Below are positions 1 to 7,903 of a stretch of DNA of 30,280 nucleotides, piece after piece. Made by a program: the position numbers and the translations under genes. The DNA is from Promethearchaeota archaeon (GTDB taxonomy: Archaea > Asgardarchaeota > Lokiarchaeia > Sigyniarchaeales > SOKP01): positions 1 through 30,280 of the forward strand of contig JAEOTS010000041.1 of the NCBI GenBank assembly GCA_016839745.1. Direction: 5' to 3'. How positions within the stretch are numbered: the first letter of the stretch is position 1; every line of letters starts with the position of its first letter. The notes beneath the pieces were generated by a model. The model had not been told where the DNA came from. It did not search any database and was given only the letters and a program-made list of their open reading frames with translations.

Positions 1-294
1 ATCCATTGCATTCGGGCTCACTCATTTTCTAATGACATGGAACCTAAAACTCTCGAAGCTAAAATATTGTCCGACGCAGATAAATTGGATGCGATTGGGG
101 CGATCGGCTTATATAGAACTATAGGATTTACGATAAAAAATTACGGGGGAATCGAACAAGTTATTCATCATTTAGAAAATAAAATTTTGTGTTTAAATGA
201 CAGATTATACTTAGATGAATCAAAAAAAATAGCTGAACAAAGACAAAAGATTATTGTAGACTTCTATACTAAAATCAAAAATCAGATTAATTAA
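1..294 (+). CDS. HD-domain phosphohydrolase, 5'-truncated by the window edge
   Basis: Frame 1 is open from base 1: IHCIRAHSFS...EAKILSDADKLDAIGAIG, the typical C-terminal half of HD-domain proteins. Confidence 0.85.
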   Translation: MHCIRAHSFSNDMEPKTLEAKILSDADKLDAIGAIGLYRTIGFTIKNYGGIEQVIHHLENKILCLNDRLYLDESKKIAEQRQKIIVDFYTKIKNQIN

Positions 295-301
295 TGGAAT
301 T

Positions 302-1183
302 TCAGACTAAATGATGAAAACCTTCTAAATGAACTATTGTGTCATATAGAAATTGAAAATTTTCCGGATTTCCAAATAACAAAAATATTTTATTCTGGAT
401 AGGAAGAACAACTTCTTTACCAACTAACCACTGTTTCTTCTTATATTTCACCTTAACAAATACATCTAATCCCGGATAATCATGAAACCTTGTATCTTTA
501 AGATTAACATCCTCAAATCCGGGGATTTTATCGTTGCGTATTTCATATTCTGTTTTAGATTTAAATACTCTAATTGCTTCATTTATTAAATTTTCATCAT
601 TTTCAATATTCCGGTTGAAATTAAAGATAATTAGACCACAATCTTTTGGAAATCCTTTATGGCCTTTTAATTCGTAATCAAGTGTTAATCTCCCAGCGGA
701 ATCTGAATATTCTATTACTTCAGATTTTATTTTCCAACCTTTTTCCACTAATGGTTTTAAATATTTTATTGCTCCGGGATGGATTGTATCAATTGTGAGC
801 TTTTTTGCTCCTTGGTACACTTGTTCAAGGTTATCTCCTATATAGAGGCTACATTCTTCTAATGATTTTAGTTCCTTTTCCTTTTCCTCAATCTTTTCAT
901 TAAATACTGAATAAGGTGATTTTGCAATATATTTAATCCTTTTAGGATTTTCAGAGATATCTTCAGCAATTACCCATCCTTTTGTGGATAACCTCTCCAT
1001 TATTGCATAAATTGTAGTCCTACCAAGCTCTAATTCGTTTTTAATGCGTCCTACAACCTCTCCTCTTGAACCTCGTTTTAATAGTGATAAATATACAATC
1101 GCTTCATCTTCTAATAATCCAAAAGCAAGAATATCGTCTTTGTATTTTTCAGCAATTTCTGATTTTATATTGTGTTCTTCCAT
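302..1183 (-). CDS. TrmB-family winged-HTH regulator with an uncharacterised C-terminal domain
   Basis: The N-terminal FGLLEDEAIVYLSLL...ELELGRTTIYAIMERLSTKGWV...YIAKSP matches the TrmB HTH pattern. The C-terminal domain is paralogous to that of 2019-3260. Confidence 0.8.
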   Translation of the reverse strand: MEEHNIKSEIAEKYKDDILAFGLLEDEAIVYLSLLKRGSRGEVVGRIKNELELGRTTIYAIMERLSTKGWVIAEDISENPKRIKYIAKSPYSVFNEKIEEKEKELKSLEECSLYIGDNLEQVYQGAKKLTIDTIHPGAIKYLKPLVEKGWKIKSEVIEYSDSAGRLTLDYELKGHKGFPKDCGLIIFNFNRNIENDENLINEAIRVFKSKTEYEIRNDKIPGFEDVNLKDTRFHDYPGLDVFVKVKYKKKQWLVGKEVVLPIQNKIFLLFGNPENFQFLYDTIVHLEGFHHLV

Positions 1184-1228
1184 AGCTATATAATTGAATC
1201 ACTCGGGTTGTATTAAAATTTAATCTAG

Positions 1229-1248
1229 TTGTCAATGCTGCTTGACAA
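1229..1248. promoter_or_regulatory. Perfect inverted repeat TTGTCAA-N6-TTGACAA, candidate operator
   Basis: Read directly in the 118-bp divergent intergenic region between the TrmB-like gene and the methyltransferase. Confidence 0.65.
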
Positions 1249-1301
1249 TAAACTGAGCTTTAAATATGAATCAGATTTTATTAGTACTATAACAAAAAAA
1301 A

Positions 1302-2015
1302 GTGATAAGAAAATTGAGTAAATCAAAAAGTAAAAAGATTCCTCCAAGAGTTCCTGAAGGAGAAGCAATTACAGATATGCCTGAGCTCAATATGGAAGAA
1401 TTAAATAAAGAATTTAAAAAAAGAATGCGAGAATATCGCAATTTTGTGAAATTTATCCTCTATGAATTGAATGTAAAGGACAATTCTAAAGTTCTTGAAA
1501 TTGGTCCTGGGCCGGGGTGGATAACTGTTGTCATGGCTCAGGAAAACCCTACGTTAAAAATAACAGGAATGGAGATATCGGAAGATATGATTAGGGTAGC
1601 AAGTAAAAACATAGAGGATGAAGGTGTTAAAGATCGAATAGAGTTTTTGCACGGAGATGCTGCTGATATGTTTCAATTAAAAGATAATTCTTTTGATGTT
1701 ATCATAACTCATGATAGCTTACACCACTGGGATAATCCAATACGTGTTTTCAACGAAATTGCTCGAGTGGTTAAACCAAATGGAATATTTTGCATTGGAG
1801 ACGGCCGAAGAGATATTGGATTAGGTGCTAAAGTAATATTTAATGTTGCAAAATTAATGATATCTAAAGAGATAAGTTATTATTGGAAAACATCGATAAT
1901 GGCAGGATATACCCCAGAGGAAATACGAGATATTTTGGATGAAACTGATTTAAAAAGCAAGTATGAAATTAAAATGGATTTGTTCGATTTACTAATTATT
2001 AATAAATCAAAATAA
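1302..2015 (+). CDS. Class I SAM-dependent methyltransferase (UbiE/Methyltransf_11-like)
   Basis: Motif I VLEIGPGPG, plus GMEISEDMI, GDAADM, SFDVII and LHHW...EIARVVKPNG. GTG start; exact start uncertain. Confidence 0.9.
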   Translation: MIRKLSKSKSKKIPPRVPEGEAITDMPELNMEELNKEFKKRMREYRNFVKFILYELNVKDNSKVLEIGPGPGWITVVMAQENPTLKITGMEISEDMIRVASKNIEDEGVKDRIEFLHGDAADMFQLKDNSFDVIITHDSLHHWDNPIRVFNEIARVVKPNGIFCIGDGRRDIGLGAKVIFNVAKLMISKEISYYWKTSIMAGYTPEEIRDILDETDLKSKYEIKMDLFDLLIINKSK

Positions 2016-2018
2016 TTT

Positions 2019-3260
2019 TCATTTTAAGTTCTTAATAATATTCATTAAATATGGGAATTTCTGTTCAGAACCCCATATTACATAAATTCTATTATCTATT
2101 GGAATCGCTACTAATTTCGCTACATTAACCCAATTGTTACTTAAATTTTTTGCTGTAATACTATTTTCTATAAATTTTATTTGAACTTCTGCAGCTAAAT
2201 AATCATCAATTTTTGATTCAACAATCTTAATATTTTCCAAATCCATTATGTTATGTTCTAATATTTGGTGTTTAATTTTCTCAGAGTAAAGGCGTAGTTT
2301 AACTCTATCCAGATTTTCCTCATCCTTAATCAACCTATCATATTCAAATACAACTATTCCACAATCCTTTTCGAATCCTATAATCTCTTGGATTTCAATG
2401 TCAAATGGTTCTTTTAAATCTCTAGTGTCTGAAGTGTCTATTTTCCACCCATTTTGAATATTTTCTCCTAAGACCAATTTGAAACCTTTTAAAATCTTTA
2501 TTTCTTCCTTTTTTTCCTTAATTAATCCTTCAATTAAGTCAAGAATGGGTTTAGCTACAAAAATTTTTGCAGCTTTAGGAAAAATTGCGATTTTTTCAAC
2601 CCAATCTCTCTCTACAAGGCGATCGATTATCCTATATATATGCGTTCTTTTTAAATCAAGTTCTTTATCTAAATTACCTATTTTTTCCCCATTCTCACCT
2701 TTTCTTAGTAGAGATAAATAAACCTTCGCCTCATCTTCACTGATACCCATTCTATTGATTCCTAATTTTTCAAAAACTCGAGATGTATCAGAAAGAATTT
2801 TAGGTGTTAAATCAAATTCTTTAACTTCTCCAAAAGATTTTTCTGGTTTAATATATGGATCATTCGAGCTCAGTTCTCTTAAGATATTAGCAGTTTTCGG
2901 GACTGCAAATAATAAAGACTGCCCTCCCGGGTTCTGGGGGATTTTACATAACACCGTCCTTTCACTATCTTTAAATCCAACAATACTCTCTTGACTTATA
3001 ACCTTTTTTTTAGTTTTATTAATGGAAACGGCAATGAGTCTCTCTAAAGTGTTCTGTAATATTGTGTATTTATTCCCTGTTAGATATAGGTATCTCTCTT
3101 CTTTTTTACCCCAAATAGAATTAATATGCTCAATATCTTCACTAATGTTCCAATTATCTGTTGAATAAATTACAATGTTTTTTCCATCAATAATTGCAGC
3201 CGCTATAATTTCAGGATCTTTTTGTATATCATAATCAATTTTAGCTAATATCTCTTCCAT
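2019..3260 (-). CDS. Fusion of Asgard profilin-like domain (aa ~1-135), TrmB wHTH (aa ~165-240) and an uncharacterised C-terminal domain
   Basis: The N-terminus DPEIIAAAIIDG..IYSTDNWNISEDI...W...LTGNKYTILQNTLERLIAVS...IVGFKD resembles Lokiarchaeal profilins (TxNWxISxD and GxKYxIxxxTxER motifs, from recall). The middle GISEDEAKVYLSLL...KRTHIYRIIDRLVERDWV is a TrmB HTH. A GAGGT SD-like element lies upstream. Confidence 0.75.
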   Translation of the reverse strand: MEEILAKIDYDIQKDPEIIAAAIIDGKNIVIYSTDNWNISEDIEHINSIWGKKEERYLYLTGNKYTILQNTLERLIAVSINKTKKKVISQESIVGFKDSERTVLCKIPQNPGGQSLLFAVPKTANILRELSSNDPYIKPEKSFGEVKEFDLTPKILSDTSRVFEKLGINRMGISEDEAKVYLSLLRKGENGEKIGNLDKELDLKRTHIYRIIDRLVERDWVEKIAIFPKAAKIFVAKPILDLIEGLIKEKKEEIKILKGFKLVLGENIQNGWKIDTSDTRDLKEPFDIEIQEIIGFEKDCGIVVFEYDRLIKDEENLDRVKLRLYSEKIKHQILEHNIMDLENIKIVESKIDDYLAAEVQIKFIENSITAKNLSNNWVNVAKLVAIPIDNRIYVIWGSEQKFPYLMNIIKNLK

Positions 3261-3286
3261 AGTTTTCTACCTCATACCTTATTATT

Positions 3287-3296
3287 AAAAAAAAAA
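3287..3296 (-). terminator. T10 tract downstream of actin, possible leaky archaeal terminator
   Basis: A10 on the + strand, 13 bp past the actin stop codon. Oligo-T tracts terminate archaeal transcription. Confidence 0.45.
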
Positions 3297-3309
3297 TATT
3301 GAAATTAAT

Positions 3310-4455
3310 TTAAAAACATCGATGTATTACTTCGGGACCCATTTCCTTATATTCTCTTCTCGTTATCCACATTCTCCTGAATGTTTTCAAAGAGCTTAAG
3401 ATTGAACCCCCAATCCAAACCGAATACATTCTCTCTGGGGGAGCTATTATCTTAACATCGATTGACTCTGGAATTAACTCTTTTATCTCTTTTGTTAATC
3501 GCTCTTTAACTCCCGGAAACATTGTTGAACCCCCTGAAAGAACTATATTGTTGTAAAGATCTCTCCGGAGGTCTACATCACAATCAGATACGGCTTCTAC
3601 GATTAAATCATCTAAAGGATTCAATTCTTTACCAATTACAGATGTATTAAAGAAGCATTCTGGAGCTAAAAATCTCTCTAAACCTATATTGATAACTTCA
3701 CCGTCAGGCATCATGTAATTTTTCTCCATTCCAGACACTCTCTTCGAAAGTATTACTTCCTTTTCAGGATCCATAGAAATATAACACAGTTTTTCCTTGA
3801 TATCTCTTACAATCTCCTTTTCTGCTGAAGTTGTGAAATTGTAACCTCTTTGCCTTAATAACCTTTGCAGGTAGGTTGTAATATCTCTACCTGCAAGGTC
3901 AACTCTTTGAATTGCATGACTGAGGGCGAATCCCTCGAAAATCGGTACTATATGCGAGACTCCATCTCCAATATCAATAACACATCCAGTTGTTCTACCA
4001 GAAGCATAAAGTGACAATACTGCCTGTGTAGCAATATAAAGAGCGGGTACATTAAATGTTTCAAACATTATCTCTGCTATTTTTTCTCTATTTAACCGAG
4101 GATTTAAGGGGGCTTCAGTTAAGAGAATTGGATGTTCTGACGGATCAATCCTAAGATCTGTAAAAAAAGTATAATGCCAAATCCGTTCCATTGAAGGCCA
4201 ATCGTCTACTACTCCGTGTTCAATTGGAAAATGAAGGTTCATAAGACCTTTAAGTTCTACGGCTTCCTCTCCAACATACCATTCCCGTGAATATTCTTTC
4301 ACATCAGGCATTATGTTTCCATATTTTGGCTTACCTACTACGGTTGGAAACACAGAACGAGGTTGATCTTCACCTGCATAACCATTCTTAGATATTCCAG
4401 TCCCATTATCTAATACTAACGGTCTTCCACCTATAAAATCACCATTGACTGACAT
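3310..4455 (-). CDS. Actin homolog (Lokiactin-type Asgard actin)
   Basis: Co-linear with eukaryotic actin: LVLDNGTG, FPIEHG, HPILLTEAPLNP, FETFNVPA, QAVLSLYASGRTTG, DIGDGVSH, DLAGRD, AEKEIVRDIKEKLCY, IVLSGGSTMFPG, IIAPPERxYSVWIGGSILSSL and C-terminal HRCF. No introns; prokaryotic neighbours. Confidence 0.97.
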   Translation of the reverse strand: MSVNGDFIGGRPLVLDNGTGISKNGYAGEDQPRSVFPTVVGKPKYGNIMPDVKEYSREWYVGEEAVELKGLMNLHFPIEHGVVDDWPSMERIWHYTFFTDLRIDPSEHPILLTEAPLNPRLNREKIAEIMFETFNVPALYIATQAVLSLYASGRTTGCVIDIGDGVSHIVPIFEGFALSHAIQRVDLAGRDITTYLQRLLRQRGYNFTTSAEKEIVRDIKEKLCYISMDPEKEVILSKRVSGMEKNYMMPDGEVINIGLERFLAPECFFNTSVIGKELNPLDDLIVEAVSDCDVDLRRDLYNNIVLSGGSTMFPGVKERLTKEIKELIPESIDVKIIAPPERMYSVWIGGSILSSLKTFRRMWITRREYKEMGPEVIHRCF

Positions 4456-4523
4456 ACAAAACCCCTTTTGTTGTTTTTATTTAATGTTTCTATTTTATTT
4501 CTAACTAGAAAATAAATTCAATA

Positions 4524-4549
4524 TTTTCTACTTAGTAGTAAATAGAAAA
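4524..4549. promoter_or_regulatory. Imperfect palindrome upstream of actin
   Basis: TTTTCTACTTAGT|AGTAAATAGAAAA, with 11 of 13 positions complementary. AT-rich, so weak evidence. Confidence 0.3.
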
Positions 4550-4564
4550 ACGAATATTTAAATG

Positions 4565-4590
4565 TTGTCACGATCTTGTCACGATCTTGT
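4565..4590. repeat. 11-bp tandem repeat (TTGTCACGATC)x2 + TTGT in the actin / surface-protein divergent region
   Basis: Read directly: ttgtcacgatc ttgtcacgatc ttgt(gtcac). Confidence 0.85.
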
Positions 4591-4766
4591 GTCACTATTT
4601 TAATCATTAATTAATTTTTTTTTCTGAAAATTTTCCATCCTGTACAATCTGCTCTAAAAGTTTCGTTAGTTTAATTGTACTATAAAAAGATAAGCCAATA
4701 GTTATTTCATATTTTTTCCAAATATTTTTGATAACCTTTAAATAAACACCTAACAAATTATTATTT

Positions 4767-6776
4767 ATGGCAAAATCTAAATTAATAATAGGAATAATTT
4801 TACTCGTTGTTGGTGGTGGTTTAATACCAACAGGATTTGTTTTAAACCAAACTTTCGTCAACCAAATTGCTGAAGGAGTTCCTGATGCACTTTTAGCTAT
4901 TGAAGAGGAAGCCCTTCCATCTTTAGAAGAACAGTTACCCCCTTTAGGTACACCGGATGTTCTTTTGGGTATTGAAGCAGAAGCACTTATTACCTTAGAA
5001 ACACAACTACCCGTTCTCACAACACCTGCGGTCTTAGACGGTCTTAAGGATGAGGCAGTAGCAGCATTACCTGCGATAATCAACGGTTCAGGAGCCGTCC
5101 AAGCTATTAATAATAGCATATTTGCTGTATATGCATTAATCTTCTCTTTACCTGGTGCTTATGAACAGTGGTTCAACAATGCAAGCTTCAGTGGTTGGTA
5201 TCCTCCAACTGTACTACCTCAAGGACCTTCAGAATATACTGGTATGGGCAATCTTACTTTTACACCCATTGCCCAAGATAGAATATTAAATGGATATTCT
5301 ACTGCTCCGGGATTATTAGAAGATGAATTAGGTATTGGTTTATTAGGTTGGATGGAATTCTGGTCCTGGGCATTTGCTGATATAGGCGCTAATAGATCTA
5401 CAATGGAATTTATTTACAATGCTACTTGGGCTACGCAACTGGCTCCTCTAGGAGGTTATATAGTAAATTATCTATGGGATGTTGTGGTTAAATCAACATA
5501 TTCACCACCATATACCATAGAACAGTATGCTGAATTAGTATTTTACTCTCAATGGGCTAATGGCACGATTGTTGATGATGGAATTGATTTAAGTCTCTTC
5601 AAGGATACGCTACCAGCAGATACTAAAGGTCTTGAAGCAGGCGTTCCAAATCCCACTAACATTACAGTACCCACATGCATGGATCTCTGGGATGATTCAA
5701 ATTCAGACTCATTTGTAAACGATAGTGGGATTTTAGTATGGGTTGGTGCGATGCAAGGAAATGGAACCCTCCAAGGTTATTTAATCGGAGCATTTAGTCT
5801 GAATGGAGATCAATTAATCATACTACTAGGTTGGCTAGGGAATTTTATGACTAATCTCGTCCCACTTTTGCTTTTGGACGAAACCGGGTATACTATACCA
5901 GAACTAGCACAACTCGCATTCTATGAACAATGGGCTAATGGGACAATACAGGGGGCAGCAGTTTTACCTGGTGGATTTTTAAGTGAACTTAGTGCTTTAT
6001 TTGCGGGGGCACCATATTTCGAAGTTGGATTGCCAAGTCCTAGTGGACTTTCACTTATTGAAACTATGAATTTATGGGACGAAGCGAATGCTTACACTTT
6101 TGTTAATATGGATGGTATCTTAGTCTGGCTTGGAGCAATTACAAACGCAACTCTTCAAAGTGCATTAATATCAACATTCGGTATATCGGCAGGTGAATTA
6201 ACAGCGCTTCTAGCCTGGTTGGGTGGTTTTCTCACAGTACGAGTTCCACAACTTATTGAGTATGAAACAGGATTTACTATACCACAACTTGCTCAACTTT
6301 CATTTTATGAACAATGGGCTAACGGTACTATTCAGGGTCTAAGTATTTTACCTGACGGATTTTTAAGTGAACTTGATCCACCTATACTAGGACCTCCCTA
6401 CTTCGAAGTGGGCTTAACAGAAGGTTCAACAGGCTTAACAGTTTTTCAATGTGATGCACTCTGGGATGAGACAAGCGAATATTCACTCGTAAGTGCAAGT
6501 GGAATAAATAAGTGGTATAATGCAATTTTATCCAGTACTACATATGAAGATTTAAGAACTAATAATAGTGGTCTTTCTACTGCACAAATGACCCAAATTC
6601 TTGATTGGCTACTACAATTTAGGGATGAAATCGTAAATGCGTTAGCAAAGGAGCAATTGGGTTTACCAATGGAGCCATATGCTCTTGGAAATACGCTCCT
6701 TATTGGTCTAGCTGCGGGAGGAGGAGCATTAGCTGTTTTAGGCGTAGTACTATTAGCATTATCTAAGAGAATATAA
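4767..6776 (+). CDS. Membrane-anchored, internally repeated, acidic putative surface glycoprotein
   Basis: Hydrophobic N-terminal (LIIGIILLVVGGGLI) and C-terminal (LLIGLAAGGGALAVLGVVLLAL-SKRI) segments. Three ~127-aa repeats (FYxQWANGTI...EVG...LWD...G...W), 24-aa N-terminal repeats and many N-x-S/T sequons. Confidence 0.8.
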   Translation: MAKSKLIIGIILLVVGGGLIPTGFVLNQTFVNQIAEGVPDALLAIEEEALPSLEEQLPPLGTPDVLLGIEAEALITLETQLPVLTTPAVLDGLKDEAVAALPAIINGSGAVQAINNSIFAVYALIFSLPGAYEQWFNNASFSGWYPPTVLPQGPSEYTGMGNLTFTPIAQDRILNGYSTAPGLLEDELGIGLLGWMEFWSWAFADIGANRSTMEFIYNATWATQLAPLGGYIVNYLWDVVVKSTYSPPYTIEQYAELVFYSQWANGTIVDDGIDLSLFKDTLPADTKGLEAGVPNPTNITVPTCMDLWDDSNSDSFVNDSGILVWVGAMQGNGTLQGYLIGAFSLNGDQLIILLGWLGNFMTNLVPLLLLDETGYTIPELAQLAFYEQWANGTIQGAAVLPGGFLSELSALFAGAPYFEVGLPSPSGLSLIETMNLWDEANAYTFVNMDGILVWLGAITNATLQSALISTFGISAGELTALLAWLGGFLTVRVPQLIEYETGFTIPQLAQLSFYEQWANGTIQGLSILPDGFLSELDPPILGPPYFEVGLTEGSTGLTVFQCDALWDETSEYSLVSASGINKWYNAILSSTTYEDLRTNNSGLSTAQMTQILDWLLQFRDEIVNALAKEQLGLPMEPYALGNTLLIGLAAGGGALAVLGVVLLALSKRI

Positions 6777-6794
6777 TACTTCCAAATCTAATTC

Positions 6795-6813
6795 TTTTTT
6801 TTTTGTTTTTTTT
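6795..6813 (+). terminator. Oligo-T terminator
   Basis: T10-G-T8 just after the stop codon of 4767-6776. Confidence 0.65.
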
Positions 6814-6868
6814 GTAATATATAAGTATTCTAGAAGTTTAGCTAAAACATCGTAATAGATCTGAGAAA

Positions 6869-7903
6869 TCAAAACCTTCTTATTTTCTCAAAATATGCTT
6901 TAAAGGGAGTTTTAGGTTCAAAACTTATCCAATCTTTATTTACCTCTATTTTTGAAAGTGAGCGTAATAAATCAAATGTTAACCAACGAGTAACTTGAGG
7001 ATACCTAAGATTTTCCCATAATCCATATTTTCCTTGTTCCATCTTTACAAATTCGATTAAATCTGAAACTCTATCATCATCTTGAGTTGCACCTACTCTC
7101 CGACAAAGATCTAGAATATGAGAAATATCAAATTTGGCCATATATGTTATTACTCCAATTGATTTTTCTAACCCTATAATACGAGCGATCATAAAACCCA
7201 GATTTGTTCTTAATTTTGAGTCTGTTCCAAGCACTAAATCTAAAGCACGCTTAGCTTCTTCACTTTTTCTAAGCTTAGGGTGATAAGCAAGACAACTTAG
7301 TACTGCTGTTGTATTGGATCTACACCCCCATCTTGAATGTGCAAGTCGACGATACCCAGCTATCCCTCCATAATTACCTGCAGATAAACCAACTGGCCAT
7401 GCACCATCTTTTAAGCGTTGTTGCATTATCCATTCAAATGCTTTCTCGCTCCTTTTGTCGTTTGCATATTCACACATAACTAATCCTAAAAGTGGAATTG
7501 CGGTCTGAACAGGCATCATTTGATATCCATATTCTTCATCTGTAAGTTCTTTTTTACCTGGTATTGGCCAAGAACCATCCTCCTGCTGTTTTGAAAACAG
7601 ATATTCTGCTCCTCTCTGCACTACTGGACAAGAAGAATCAAATCCAAAATAGCCTAGTCTTTGTAATGCCATTGAAGTTAGTTGAAGATTAGCACTAGAA
7701 GTCACCCGAGACAAATCAAACGAATCCCAAGATCCATTAGGTTTTTGAAGTTTGAATAAGTTTGCAACAAGTGGATCTAATTCTCTCATTTCTGATAGCT
7801 CTTGAACTTCTTCTTCTTCCTCGGAATAATCCAACAATTCCGTTAAAACTAAATATCTTAAGCAAGGTGATGGATCAGTCAATAAAAGTGGAACCCAGGT
7901 CAC
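6869..7903 (-). CDS. Prenyltransferase / squalene-cyclase-repeat (alpha/alpha barrel) protein
   Basis: Repeated QW-type motifs: QKPNGSW, QQEDGSW, RLKDGAW and QGKYGLW. The start overlaps the upstream UvrA stop (GTGA). Confidence 0.75.
   Translation of the reverse strand: MTWVPLLLTDPSPCLRYLVLTELLDYSEEEEEVQELSEMRELDPLVANLFKLQKPNGSWDSFDLSRVTSSANLQLTSMALQRLGYFGFDSSCPVVQRGAEYLFSKQQEDGSWPIPGKKELTDEEYGYQMMPVQTAIPLLGLVMCEYANDKRSEKAFEWIMQQRLKDGAWPVGLSAGNYGGIAGYRRLAHSRWGCRSNTTAVLSCLAYHPKLRKSEEAKRALDLVLGTDSKLRTNLGFMIARIIGLEKSIGVITYMAKFDISHILDLCRRVGATQDDDRVSDLIEFVKMEQGKYGLWENLRYPQVTRWLTFDLLRSLSKIEVNKDWISFEPKTPFKAYFEKIRRF

Noticed and set aside
3310-4455. Eukaryotic origin or contamination of the actin gene
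   Set aside because: No introns, an SD-like AGGGG upstream, the same AT-rich composition as its neighbours and an archaeal gene context.
4565-4595. CRISPR-like array
   Set aside because: Only about 2.4 copies of an 11-mer with no spacers, and no cas genes in the window.
4607-5119. 170-aa minus-strand ORF upstream of actin
   Set aside because: It is largely antisense to the well-supported 669-aa gene and has no protein-like motifs; shadow ORF.
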